Translations under genes and position numbers: made by a program
The notes under the pieces: generated by a model
Seen by the model: only the letters and a program-made list of their open reading frames with translations
What the model was told of the DNA's origin: nothing
Database searches by the model: none
Virus record (IMG/VR): IMGVR_UViG_3300037714_000157
Span: 1 to 29,893 of that record
Source: a virus
Taxonomy: Duplodnaviria > Caudoviricetes
Length of the DNA: 29,893 nucleotides
Strand: one strand, 5' to 3'
Shown: positions 9,285 through 17,871 of the stretch, piece by piece
Layout of the letters: each line of letters starts with the position of its first letter
Position numbering within the stretch: position 1 is the first letter of the stretch

Positions 9285-10961
9285 ATGTTCGATCGTCTCA
9301 AGAGCTGGTTCAGCAGCGGGCCGAAGCCTGGCAGCAGCCGGCATGCGCGACAACTATTGATCGAGGCGACGCACGAAGCCTACCGCCTTGCGCGACGCGA
9401 CCGCCCGCGCGAGCACTATCAACCGCATGGGTTCAGCGGCGACTCGGCCATTCGCGGCTCTCACGATTTGATGAACCGCCGGACGCGCGACCTCGTGCGG
9501 AACACGGCGCAGGCCAAGAGCATCATCAACTCGATCCGGGATTTGGTGGTAGGCACTGGGACTCAGACCTACGCCTGGCCGTTCCTGCCGTCCGAGCTGT
9601 TTCAGATCGTGACAGAACTCGAATCGCTGCAGGCCGGAAATCTTGGTCCGCGGTTGACCTACGCGCTCGAATCGGATGATTTGTTCGAGGAGTGGTCAAA
9701 CGATCCCGAGCAGTTCGACGTGGAAGGTCGTATGTCGTGGCCTGAGATGCAGGCCATGCTGATGCAGGAGTCGGCGACAGTCGGCGACGGATTGCTAATT
9801 CGTTCGTTCGTCAAAGACTACAAGCTTGTCCCACTGGCCTACCAGATTGTCGAGCGCGAGCAGCTCGACGAATCGAAGGACCGGCCGGCGTCGACCGGCA
9901 AAAACAAGATTCTCGGTGGCCGGGAATTCAACGCGGCCAATCGCGTGGTCGCATACCACCTCTGGACCGACCACCCTCACGAGTTCTTCGGCACCAGTGG
10001 ATCGATGCTGATGGGCGCTGGTGCTCCTATGTCGCTGGGCAGCAAGAGCATCCGCATTCCGGCGGAGCGAGTTATCGACTTGGCGCTGTTCCATCGACCC
10101 AGCGCATCGTCAGGCGTGTCGTGGCTCGATGCCTGCGGACAATCCATTTGGGACCGCGACGCTTACATCGACAGCGAGATTCGTTCTGCGGCAGTTGATG
10201 CTGCATTTGCTTTTGTGGCCAAGCTGGAAGAAGCCGAAAAGAACGGCGGCCTTGGTTTTGGCGACGACACGGATGACACCGACGAATTCGGCAATCGCAG
10301 CTACAAAGTCGGACAATCCCCCATTGCCTCAACCATCAAGCCAAGCGAGTCGCTCGAAATGATCCGCTCGGCGCGCCCGAACAAGGATGCGCCAGAATTC
10401 ATCAAGATGCTGGACCGCGATACGACGCAAGCAGCCGGGATCAGCTACTACTCGGGGACGGGAGACTACTCGGACACGACGTTTACATCGACTCGCGGCG
10501 CAAAGCTCGACGAGGAACTGCACATTAAACCACTGCAGCAGTGGTTTGCTTGCCATGCGGCATTGCCGGTCCGCCGTCAGTTCAACGCGGTGGCCGCAGC
10601 GGGCGGTTTGTTCACTTCGATCACGCCATCCGAGTTCCGCCGCAATGAGCGGACCTACCAGCGGTTCGACGCGATTGGCAACGGCCGCGATCTGCTCGAT
10701 CCGTTCAAAGAAGGCGAAGCCCGGACCACGCGCCTGCGCACGTGCATGAGCACGTTCAAAGAAGAATGCGCCCGCAACGGCAAGCACTGGATTCGCGTGC
10801 TGATGCAAAAGGCGATCGAGGTCAAGGTTTCCGAATTGTTCGGGGTGACGCTTGATTTTAGCAAAACCGGTGGCGGCGGTTCCGGGTCGGAACAGAACGA
10901 AGAGTCGGGGCAAGACGAAGAGTCGGATCAGCAAACAGAAGGAGCCGGCCGTGCCGCGTAG
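9285..10961 (+). CDS. Portal protein, lambda family
   Basis: RTRDLVRN, VVGTG, GREFNAANRVVAYHL, RIPAERVI, GISYYSGTGDYS..TFTSTR and LLDPFKE motifs. Confidence 0.92.
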   Translation: MFDRLKSWFSSGPKPGSSRHARQLLIEATHEAYRLARRDRPREHYQPHGFSGDSAIRGSHDLMNRRTRDLVRNTAQAKSIINSIRDLVVGTGTQTYAWPFLPSELFQIVTELESLQAGNLGPRLTYALESDDLFEEWSNDPEQFDVEGRMSWPEMQAMLMQESATVGDGLLIRSFVKDYKLVPLAYQIVEREQLDESKDRPASTGKNKILGGREFNAANRVVAYHLWTDHPHEFFGTSGSMLMGAGAPMSLGSKSIRIPAERVIDLALFHRPSASSGVSWLDACGQSIWDRDAYIDSEIRSAAVDAAFAFVAKLEEAEKNGGLGFGDDTDDTDEFGNRSYKVGQSPIASTIKPSESLEMIRSARPNKDAPEFIKMLDRDTTQAAGISYYSGTGDYSDTTFTSTRGAKLDEELHIKPLQQWFACHAALPVRRQFNAVAAAGGLFTSITPSEFRRNERTYQRFDAIGNGRDLLDPFKEGEARTTRLRTCMSTFKEECARNGKHWIRVLMQKAIEVKVSELFGVTLDFSKTGGGGSGSEQNEESGQDEESDQQTEGAGRAA

Positions 10962-13575
10962 CAAGCAAGCCGAACGCCGACGCATCGCCAAGCTCCGTGC
11001 GGAGTTCAATGCCGCGCCATGGGCCATCGACGCGCGGTCGCTGGGCATGTTGGGCCACGCTTTCGAGTCGGGCGACTTGGATGCGATCAAGGCGACGCTC
11101 TCGTTGGGAAACACCCCCGAATCAATCACCAAGATCGTCAACGGCGTGGCGGTCATCCCCGTGACGGGCGTCTTGCAGGACGAGTGCAACTACATGGTTC
11201 GGTGGGGGTATGCGTCGAGCTACCAACTCATTGAGCGCGACTTCAACCAGGCGATGGACAACAACAACGTCAAGGGCGTGTTGTTCTACTTCAATTCGCC
11301 TGGCGGGTCGGCCATCGGCTGCAAGCGCGTCGCTGACCTCGTGTTCGAGTCCCGCGGAATCAAGCCAGTCCGTTCCTTTGTGCAGGGCGTCTGTTGCTCG
11401 GCTGCGTTCTACATTGCCGCAGCGACCGATCGGATTGAAGCAACGGCCGATTCGCTCGTTGGCAGCGTCGGCACGATCCTGCCGCACATGGAATACAGCG
11501 GGATGCTCAAAGAGTTCGGCATTGGCGCGGAGGTGTTTACAAACACCGATTCGCCGAAAAAAGGACACGGCAACATGTACGAGCCGCTGTCCGACGAAGC
11601 CAAAAAGACGTTGCAGCAGTTTGTGAACTCTTACGGCCGCCCGTTTATTGAGGACGTCGCTCGCTATCGAGCGATTGATGCTGCCGAGGTGGTCAAGAAT
11701 TTCGGCCAAGGCGACGCGCTACGCGCGGACGTCGCCATTGGTCGTCAGATGGTCGACGCCGTTGTCGACAATTTCGATGAATCCCTGGAGTCCATTTCGG
11801 CTGGCGGCACTACTGTCCCGGTGGAAACGGACGAAGAACCGGTCGCCGACGCGACCAGCAACCTTTCGAGGAGAAGTGTGATGAACGAGCGTATCAAAGC
11901 TCAGTTGTTCGCGTTGGGCCTGATTGATTCGCTCGACGCATCCGATGCGATCTGCACGGCAGCTCGCAATTCGTTCTTTGCCGGCCGCGGTGTGTCCGTG
12001 CCCAGCGACGAGGCGCAGATTCTCGCCACGCTGCAGGCTCCGTCGGCGAAGGCGGATTCCGTCAAGGCCGAGACGAAGAACGAAGGCGACGGCGGAAAGC
12101 CCGCTGACAATGTCAAGGCCGCCCATGAAGCGGAACAAGGCGAGGCACGCCTGCAAAACCTGCACGCCGCTGCCGAGTTGTACAACGATGCGGCGGGCTA
12201 CGAAGCCGTGACGCTCGCAATGATCACGGAGGCTAGCGAAAAGAAGCTCAACCAGCGCGAGGCATCAAAGAGTTGGGCCAAGACGCTCGCGGAGAAAGAG
12301 CCTCCTGCGCCCAGTTTGCGCGTCAAGGTCACTGGCGAAGGGGCAGATCGTTACGCTTCTGACGTGGTCGATGCGCTGGTGGCTCGTTGCACTCACAGCG
12401 ACAAGGACTTGCCCGATGGCGCAGTTGCACACATTCGCAAACCGCTCAGCCATATTGCGGCCGAGTGCTTGGCCTATTCCGGTCGCGATGACATCGACCC
12501 CTACGACAACAAGGAGTTGATCGCCGAGGAGGCGATGTCGATGGGTCCGGCCAATAAGCACGACGTGCGATTCTCCGCAAACGAGAATCGTCAGTACGTT
12601 CGCGCGGCTGCCACGCCGTCGACTCGTCCTGGTGACTTCCCCAACATCATGTCTGGTTTGCAAAACAAGCTGCTCGACACGATCGAGTTGGACGAGGACT
12701 ACAGCTTCCCGGAAATCTCTGCCGTCCTCCCCGGCGGACTGAACGACTTCAAGCCGGCGCTGATGATCAACAAAGGCATCGTCGAGGAGATGGACGAGGT
12801 CCAGGACGCGGAAAAATTCGAGCAACTCGGACTACAGGAAGAGGTCCTGTCGTACCTGTTCATGCGTCGCTTCGGCAACAAGTTTGGCTGGACGCCCGTG
12901 ATGATCGCCAATGACGATCTGAACGCCTTTGCCGAAGGCATGCTCGGGTTCTTGGATGCGTGGAACGTCACGCAGAATCGCCTGGTGCTCGACCTGATCA
13001 CCTCGAATCCGACGCTGCTCGATGGGAGTGCGTTGTTTGCAAATCGGACCGACACGGGAACCGGCACGAATCCCGCGACCAACGACAATGACATCGACAG
13101 CGGCGGCGCCGTACCGAGCGACACACAATGGGCTTTGATGGAAGCGGCTTATGCTGACATCGGCGGCATCGGCACCGGGCGTCGCGTCCGCGGCACGCTC
13201 AATACGTGGTTCGGCCCGACCGGCATTCCGCACCAGGAAGCGCGTCGCACGTTCATGCCGCTGGCGCAGGGCGGGCTTGAGCCGAAGTCGGCCGACACGA
13301 CCTCCAACGTCGGCATCTATCGCGGGCTGGTCAAGCTCGTGCCGGAAAGCGAGCTGCGGACGAATTCGCTGCTCTTGTGGTACGGCTTGCGAAGCCCGAC
13401 GCGGCTCAACACCGCGACGATCGTGCGCGCCTACTTCAATGGCTTCGGCACCGCCGGCCGCCGTGAGCGTTGGTACGACCCGGAAACGAAAGTTCTCTGG
13501 ATGTCGCTGGAGGGTCGCGTCGCGTCGGCAATCAAAAACTGGCGCTATGTCATCCGCAATAAGGGCGAGAACTAG
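10951..13575 (+). CDS. S49 (gpC-like) prohead protease - scaffold - major capsid fusion
   Basis: N-terminal NSPGGS, CCSAAFYIAA and VGSVG S49 motifs; C-terminal Mu gpT-like capsid motifs (DFPNIM..LQNK.L, FGNKFGWTPVMIANDDLNAF). GTG start at 10951 follows an AAGGAG RBS. Confidence 0.88.
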   Translation: MPRSKQAERRRIAKLRAEFNAAPWAIDARSLGMLGHAFESGDLDAIKATLSLGNTPESITKIVNGVAVIPVTGVLQDECNYMVRWGYASSYQLIERDFNQAMDNNNVKGVLFYFNSPGGSAIGCKRVADLVFESRGIKPVRSFVQGVCCSAAFYIAAATDRIEATADSLVGSVGTILPHMEYSGMLKEFGIGAEVFTNTDSPKKGHGNMYEPLSDEAKKTLQQFVNSYGRPFIEDVARYRAIDAAEVVKNFGQGDALRADVAIGRQMVDAVVDNFDESLESISAGGTTVPVETDEEPVADATSNLSRRSVMNERIKAQLFALGLIDSLDASDAICTAARNSFFAGRGVSVPSDEAQILATLQAPSAKADSVKAETKNEGDGGKPADNVKAAHEAEQGEARLQNLHAAAELYNDAAGYEAVTLAMITEASEKKLNQREASKSWAKTLAEKEPPAPSLRVKVTGEGADRYASDVVDALVARCTHSDKDLPDGAVAHIRKPLSHIAAECLAYSGRDDIDPYDNKELIAEEAMSMGPANKHDVRFSANENRQYVRAAATPSTRPGDFPNIMSGLQNKLLDTIELDEDYSFPEISAVLPGGLNDFKPALMINKGIVEEMDEVQDAEKFEQLGLQEEVLSYLFMRRFGNKFGWTPVMIANDDLNAFAEGMLGFLDAWNVTQNRLVLDLITSNPTLLDGSALFANRTDTGTGTNPATNDNDIDSGGAVPSDTQWALMEAAYADIGGIGTGRRVRGTLNTWFGPTGIPHQEARRTFMPLAQGGLEPKSADTTSNVGIYRGLVKLVPESELRTNSLLLWYGLRSPTRLNTATIVRAYFNGFGTAGRRERWYDPETKVLWMSLEGRVASAIKNWRYVIRNKGEN

Positions 13576-13649
13576 CAGCCCGTAATTTGGACTCACTTTT
13601 TCAACGCCTGCCACAAACAGGCAGTCCTTGAACGAAAAGGAACTTTATC

Positions 13650-14360
13650 ATGTCACGCAGAACTGGATGCTGGATTTGGGATTTTCGTGGCCATCAAGCA
13701 TTCCCGGCCACGGCCAGCGGCGTCGGGTCGCCGTGGGTCATCGCCGATACGTCGGCCTCGGGTGCGCCGACGATGGGCGGCTTGGCCGGCGGCGGCTACC
13801 GCATGGCGTTCTCGGCGACGAGTGAGGTGCAGAATCTCTGCTTGTATTACGGCGACGTGTTGTCGTTCGACATCGACGACTTGATCCGCTACTGGGCGAT
13901 CGTCAAGACGGTGGCCACCCTCGATTCGGCGACGCAGTTGGCGTTTGGTTTGGCGAGTGCTCGCAACGATGCGATCGACACGATCGGCGAAGCGGCGCTC
14001 TTCCGGGCCATTGCCAACAATAGCCTCGTTGTCGAAACGGACGACGGCACCAACAACAACGATGACGTGGCGACGGGCTTGACGCTCGGGGCCGCTTGGA
14101 AGCGGTTCGAGATCAACTTCGCCGAGCGCGTCTCGACGATGGAACCGCCGAGCTTGTCGCTGGGCCGCCCCTCGAACGTCGGTTTCTACGGCGCGAACGA
14201 CAATGGCTCGCTGCGCCGCGTGGCCAGCGGGACGCGGTTCGACATGTCGAACTACTCGTCCGGGTTGCAGCCATTCTTCCAACTACAGAAGACGGCCGAC
14301 ACGAACACGGACAACCTCGACGTCCTGCAGGTTGGTGTGGAGTTCAACCTGCCGCAATAG
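13650..14360 (+). CDS. Virion protein downstream of the capsid gene (possible decoration; beta-sandwich)
   Basis: AAGGAA RBS, beta-rich composition, position after the capsid gene. Confidence 0.6.
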   Translation: MSRRTGCWIWDFRGHQAFPATASGVGSPWVIADTSASGAPTMGGLAGGGYRMAFSATSEVQNLCLYYGDVLSFDIDDLIRYWAIVKTVATLDSATQLAFGLASARNDAIDTIGEAALFRAIANNSLVVETDDGTNNNDDVATGLTLGAAWKRFEINFAERVSTMEPPSLSLGRPSNVGFYGANDNGSLRRVASGTRFDMSNYSSGLQPFFQLQKTADTNTDNLDVLQVGVEFNLPQ

Positions 14361-14373
14361 TTCGGATCGTTTG

Positions 14374-14745
14374 ATGGGTTTTCAGGAGACGTTTAACGAG
14401 CGGGTGATGTCGGCGCAAAACCGTGCTTTTGGGTTGGAAACAACGCTCAAGCACGGCGTCATCACAACCGCAGCATTCACCGCCACCTGGGAGAGCCGAG
14501 AGTACGAGGTCATCGACAATGAGGGTTTCGCCACGAAGCTCGAATCCCGCGATTGGATGTTCGCCGTCGCGGCGGCGGTGGATGCGAATGGTACGGCGTT
14601 TACGCCGCGCGCTGGCGACATTGTCGCGGCGACTGAGAACGGCGTGGCCGCCGAGTGGGAAGCCATGCCGATCGGTACGCTGCCGGCTTGTGAGCTGACG
14701 GATGGTGGCTATCGATACCGAGTCCACACGAAACGAGTGAGATGA
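14374..14745 (+). CDS. Head-tail joining/closure protein (gpFII-like)
   Basis: SRDWMF, FTPRAGDIV and YRYRVHTK pattern of head-closure proteins; start placed at ATG 14374. Confidence 0.7.
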   Translation: MGFQETFNERVMSAQNRAFGLETTLKHGVITTAAFTATWESREYEVIDNEGFATKLESRDWMFAVAAAVDANGTAFTPRAGDIVAATENGVAAEWEAMPIGTLPACELTDGGYRYRVHTKRVR

Positions 14746-14939
14746 CCATGACGCGAGCACAACTCGAAAGCGAATTGGCTGCGGCCGATGCGGAGCACGA
14801 CGCCAACGTGGCGGTTGCGAAGGCATCGGCCAACAGACGAGCGGAGATTGCTCGGCAATTGCGGGCGCTGGACTCAGGCGAAGCGAACGAGCCGGAGCTC
14901 GACGATGCGCCGATTGATGAATCATCCGATGTCGAATGA
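14742..14939 (+). CDS. Small acidic helical hypothetical protein
   Basis: ATGA-coupled on both sides. Confidence 0.6.
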   Translation: MTMTRAQLESELAAADAEHDANVAVAKASANRRAEIARQLRALDSGEANEPELDDAPIDESSDVE

Positions 14940-15466
14940 GCGATCCAGCCATAGTAGTCGCCGTAGCCAAGGCCGTTGCCCAGCGTATTGACGCCGAGCA
15001 GCGGAACAGGAAATTCAGCCAGCAATTTGCCACCGAAAGGAGTTACGCCAACTGGGAGCGCGAGCTCAAGGATATTGACGATCTGCAACTCGACGAATGC
15101 GACAAGACATTCGTCGACGTCGTCGGGCACATGACGACGCAGGATTTTAGTTTGGCCGCACGCGGCATGGGGCGCTACCGAGTGCCGGTCGACATCGCCC
15201 TGCGAAGGAAGTTTGGAAGCGACAAGCAGGACGGAGACACTGGCCGGATAGCGATCGAGGAAATTGACAACTTGATGCTGCTGTTTCAGGAGCTTCATTT
15301 GTTCCATGCAAAGCACCGGCTGGTCGAGTTCCCCTACGCGGTGTGGGACGAAGAAGACGGAGGCACGCAAATTCTGGTCGCGCCGGACCGGAGATTGTTG
15401 CGAGAGATTAGGCAGTTCACGGCAATCATGCGAATCACGTTTCGCGCGGATGTAAAGCTTTTATGA
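14936..15466 (+). CDS. Putative tail terminator protein
   Basis: Position in the neck module; RVPVDIALRRK and QFTAIMRITFR strands. Confidence 0.55.
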   Translation: MSDPAIVVAVAKAVAQRIDAEQRNRKFSQQFATERSYANWERELKDIDDLQLDECDKTFVDVVGHMTTQDFSLAARGMGRYRVPVDIALRRKFGSDKQDGDTGRIAIEEIDNLMLLFQELHLFHAKHRLVEFPYAVWDEEDGGTQILVAPDRRLLREIRQFTAIMRITFRADVKLL

Positions 15467-15957
15467 TCGGGATGAGCGTCAAAATCGAAGATCGCACCAA
15501 GCGGGTTGAAAAGGCCGCCGACAAGGCGGTGTTTCGCAACCTGCAGCACGCTGCGGCCAGCCTGCGCAAAGACGCTCGTTCCACAATCAAGCGTGCGCCC
15601 AAAGAACAGCGGACAGCGAGTCAGTCAGCCGTAGCGAGAGATGCCAAAGGCCGCTTTCTCAAGGGAAGTGGCGCGAAAAAGAGTAGGCGATCCCGGCAGA
15701 CTGGATCGCCGGCCGGCACCCCTCCTTATACCGAACGCGGTGAGTTGAAGAACGCGATTTTGTTCGATGTCGCCGAAGACAAGTCGTCGGCAGTTATCGG
15801 CCCGCGATTCAGTCGCGTCGGCACGTCGGCTGAGGCGCATGAATTTGGTGGCCAATACAAGGGGCAAGAGTACCCGGAGCGTCCCTTCATGGAACCCGCG
15901 CTGGAACGCGCAGCCCCGAGGTTTGCCGGTTCATTTTCCGGCTCGATAGGAGAATAG
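15463..15957 (+). CDS. HK97-gp10-like tail completion/neck protein
   Basis: Basic protein with SPAGTPP..RGELKNAI, AHEFGG and YPERPFMEPAL motifs. Confidence 0.75.
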   Translation: MIGMSVKIEDRTKRVEKAADKAVFRNLQHAAASLRKDARSTIKRAPKEQRTASQSAVARDAKGRFLKGSGAKKSRRSRQTGSPAGTPPYTERGELKNAILFDVAEDKSSAVIGPRFSRVGTSAEAHEFGGQYKGQEYPERPFMEPALERAAPRFAGSFSGSIGE

Positions 15958-15961
15958 TTCA

Positions 15962-16390
15962 ATGGCGAATACCAAAATGGGCTTCGAGGGTCAACTCTAT
16001 TACGGAGTGGCTGGCTCGACTGCTTCCACGTTGCTGGAAAACACGAAGGACATCACCGTTACGCGGGACGTGGAGCGCGGCGACACGACGGTCCGCGGAG
16101 ACAGTTCCGCCCCGCCGATCGGAACCGGGTCGGTAACAAAGCGGATGGTCAACGTCGAATTCACAATGATCCACGACATCACCGATACGGCCTTTGCGGC
16201 TCTCAAGCAGGCATCTGCAAATGGCACTGGAGTCGCCCTGCGCGGCAAGGATCATTCATCCGGAAAGGGGCCGGACGCTGATTACACGCTCTCGCACGGT
16301 GATCCTTGGCCACTTGCAGGCGAACAGGTGGTGACGTTCACCGCGGAGCCAACGCGCGACTACGGCCGCGCTCCGCAGAGCTACGTGTAG
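15962..16390 (+). CDS. Major tail tube protein
   Basis: AGGAG RBS; KDITVT...DTTVRG...VEFTM...VTFTAEP tube-protein pattern. Confidence 0.7.
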   Translation: MANTKMGFEGQLYYGVAGSTASTLLENTKDITVTRDVERGDTTVRGDSSAPPIGTGSVTKRMVNVEFTMIHDITDTAFAALKQASANGTGVALRGKDHSSGKGPDADYTLSHGDPWPLAGEQVVTFTAEPTRDYGRAPQSYV

Positions 16391-16435
16391 TTTTCTGAGC
16401 CAAGTCACCACACACCACACACAAGGATTAGAACG

Positions 16436-16849
16436 ATGGCCGACGTAACCGTAATACCAGCCGAAGTCCTGCCGGCAACCGACACGCTCACGATCGACGG
16501 CACCGCGGGAGCGACAGTTACCGCTGGGCAAACCTGTTATCTCGATTCGTCGGACAACAAATACAAGTTGGCCGATGCGGATGCGAGCGCGGCCACAGCA
16601 GCCGTCAAGGGCCTTGCGATGCACGGTGCGTCTGACGGCCAGCCGATCCGCCTGGCGATTGGTGGCACGATTGACCCGGGCTTCACCGCCGCCGTTGGGA
16701 CGATTTACGTTCAGTCCGGCACAGCCGGTGGCATTGCCCCGGTGACCGACTTGGCGACCGGCGACTTCACGACCATCATCGGCGTCGGAATCTCGGCATC
16801 GAGTCTCAAGTTGCTGATGATCAATTCCGGCGTCCAGGTTCCTGCGTAA
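16436..16849 (+). CDS. Decoration/cement-like structural protein
   Basis: AGATVTAGQTCYLDSSD.KYKLADAD...GLAMHG...GTIYVQSGTAG motif; AAGGA RBS. Confidence 0.6.
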   Translation: MADVTVIPAEVLPATDTLTIDGTAGATVTAGQTCYLDSSDNKYKLADADASAATAAVKGLAMHGASDGQPIRLAIGGTIDPGFTAAVGTIYVQSGTAGGIAPVTDLATGDFTTIIGVGISASSLKLLMINSGVQVPA

Positions 16850-16855
16850 TCGTAA

Positions 16856-17218
16856 ATGGCTGGCGAAATCTCAATCACCGGGCTGCTGCGGCTCGCCAAT
16901 GGACTGCTCAGCGCGCAGCAGCAAATCAACGGCACCGCCGACCAGGCGACGGCCAACGCTCGCCAATTCACTCAGTCAATTGCCACGAGCGAGACGACCG
17001 TGTCGTTTACCGGCGTGACGGCAGCGCGGTGGGTGGCGATCAAGAACACGGACGCCGACAACTACGTCGACGTCGGTCCTGATTCCACCGGACTGGTCGG
17101 TATGATCCGGCTGTTGGCCGGTGAGAGTTGTGTGCTGCCGCTCAAGCCGAGCACCACGATCAAGGCGCAGGCCAACTCGGCGAGCGTTGTAATTTCGATT
17201 CTGGCACTGGAGACCTGA
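16856..17218 (+). CDS. Hypothetical structural protein
   Basis: VAIKNTD..NYV...IRLLAGES beta-sandwich pattern; tight operon packing. Confidence 0.6.
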   Translation: MAGEISITGLLRLANGLLSAQQQINGTADQATANARQFTQSIATSETTVSFTGVTAARWVAIKNTDADNYVDVGPDSTGLVGMIRLLAGESCVLPLKPSTTIKAQANSASVVISILALET

Positions 17219-17742
17219 TGGCGAGTTTTCACGACAAGAGCGGCCGCGAGTGGGAGCTGCGGATCGACGCGCCGCAGATATTCAAGGTCCGCGAGATCGA
17301 TCCGAAATTCATGCTCGGCGACACCGAGGAAAACAATACGGCGAAGCGGCTCGGCGCTGATCCAGCCCTGCTCTGCCATGTCATTTATGAGCTGTGCGCC
17401 AAGCAGCGCGACGAACGCAGCGCGACGCTTGAGCAGTTCTACCAAGACGTGATTGGCAACGGGGAGGCGATCGCCGATGCGGGCGACGCACTGGCGAAAG
17501 CCATCGCAAATTTTACCCATCCGAAAACTCGGGAGTTCGCCGAGCGAATCAACCACAAACAAGAGGAGATTCGGGAACTGGCGATGGAAAAAGCGCTGGC
17601 GAAGATCGACGACCCGCAGTTGAAGGAGAAGGTTCTGGCGTCGCTCGAAACGAGACTGGACGCGGAGATCGAGAACCTTTTGACCCAGCTGTCGAGTGCT
17701 ACAAGCTCGCCGGCTTCGTCGGCGTCCACCCCGCCGGCCTGA
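17218..17742 (+). CDS. Tail assembly chaperone (gpG-like)
   Basis: TGATG coupling; FHDKSGREWELRI start; located before the tape measure gene; an overlapping -1 frame extension exists. Confidence 0.75.
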   Translation: MASFHDKSGREWELRIDAPQIFKVREIDPKFMLGDTEENNTAKRLGADPALLCHVIYELCAKQRDERSATLEQFYQDVIGNGEAIADAGDALAKAIANFTHPKTREFAERINHKQEEIRELAMEKALAKIDDPQLKEKVLASLETRLDAEIENLLTQLSSATSSPASSASTPPA

Positions 17743-17867
17743 CGCTTCTCGCGCTCACTGAAATGGCGCTCGGCAAAGCGGAGATTCTCGGCGGCACGAG
17801 CGGGGCGTCAGGCAGACGACAAAAAGTGATTCCCTACGATCCCGAACTACTAGCCTCCTGGGGCTGA
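17676..17867 (+). CDS. -1 frameshift extension of the tail chaperone (gpT-like part of gpGT)
   Basis: The -1 frame reads FDPAVECYKLAGFVGVHPAGLTLLALTEMA...ASWG* with no start of its own at the 5' end, and stops 4 nt before the TMP start. Candidate slip site C CTT TTG. Confidence 0.6.
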   Translation, partial: PFDPAVECYKLAGFVGVHPAGLTLLALTEMALGKAEILGGTSGASGRRQKVIPYDPELLASWG

Positions 17868-17871
17868 GAAC

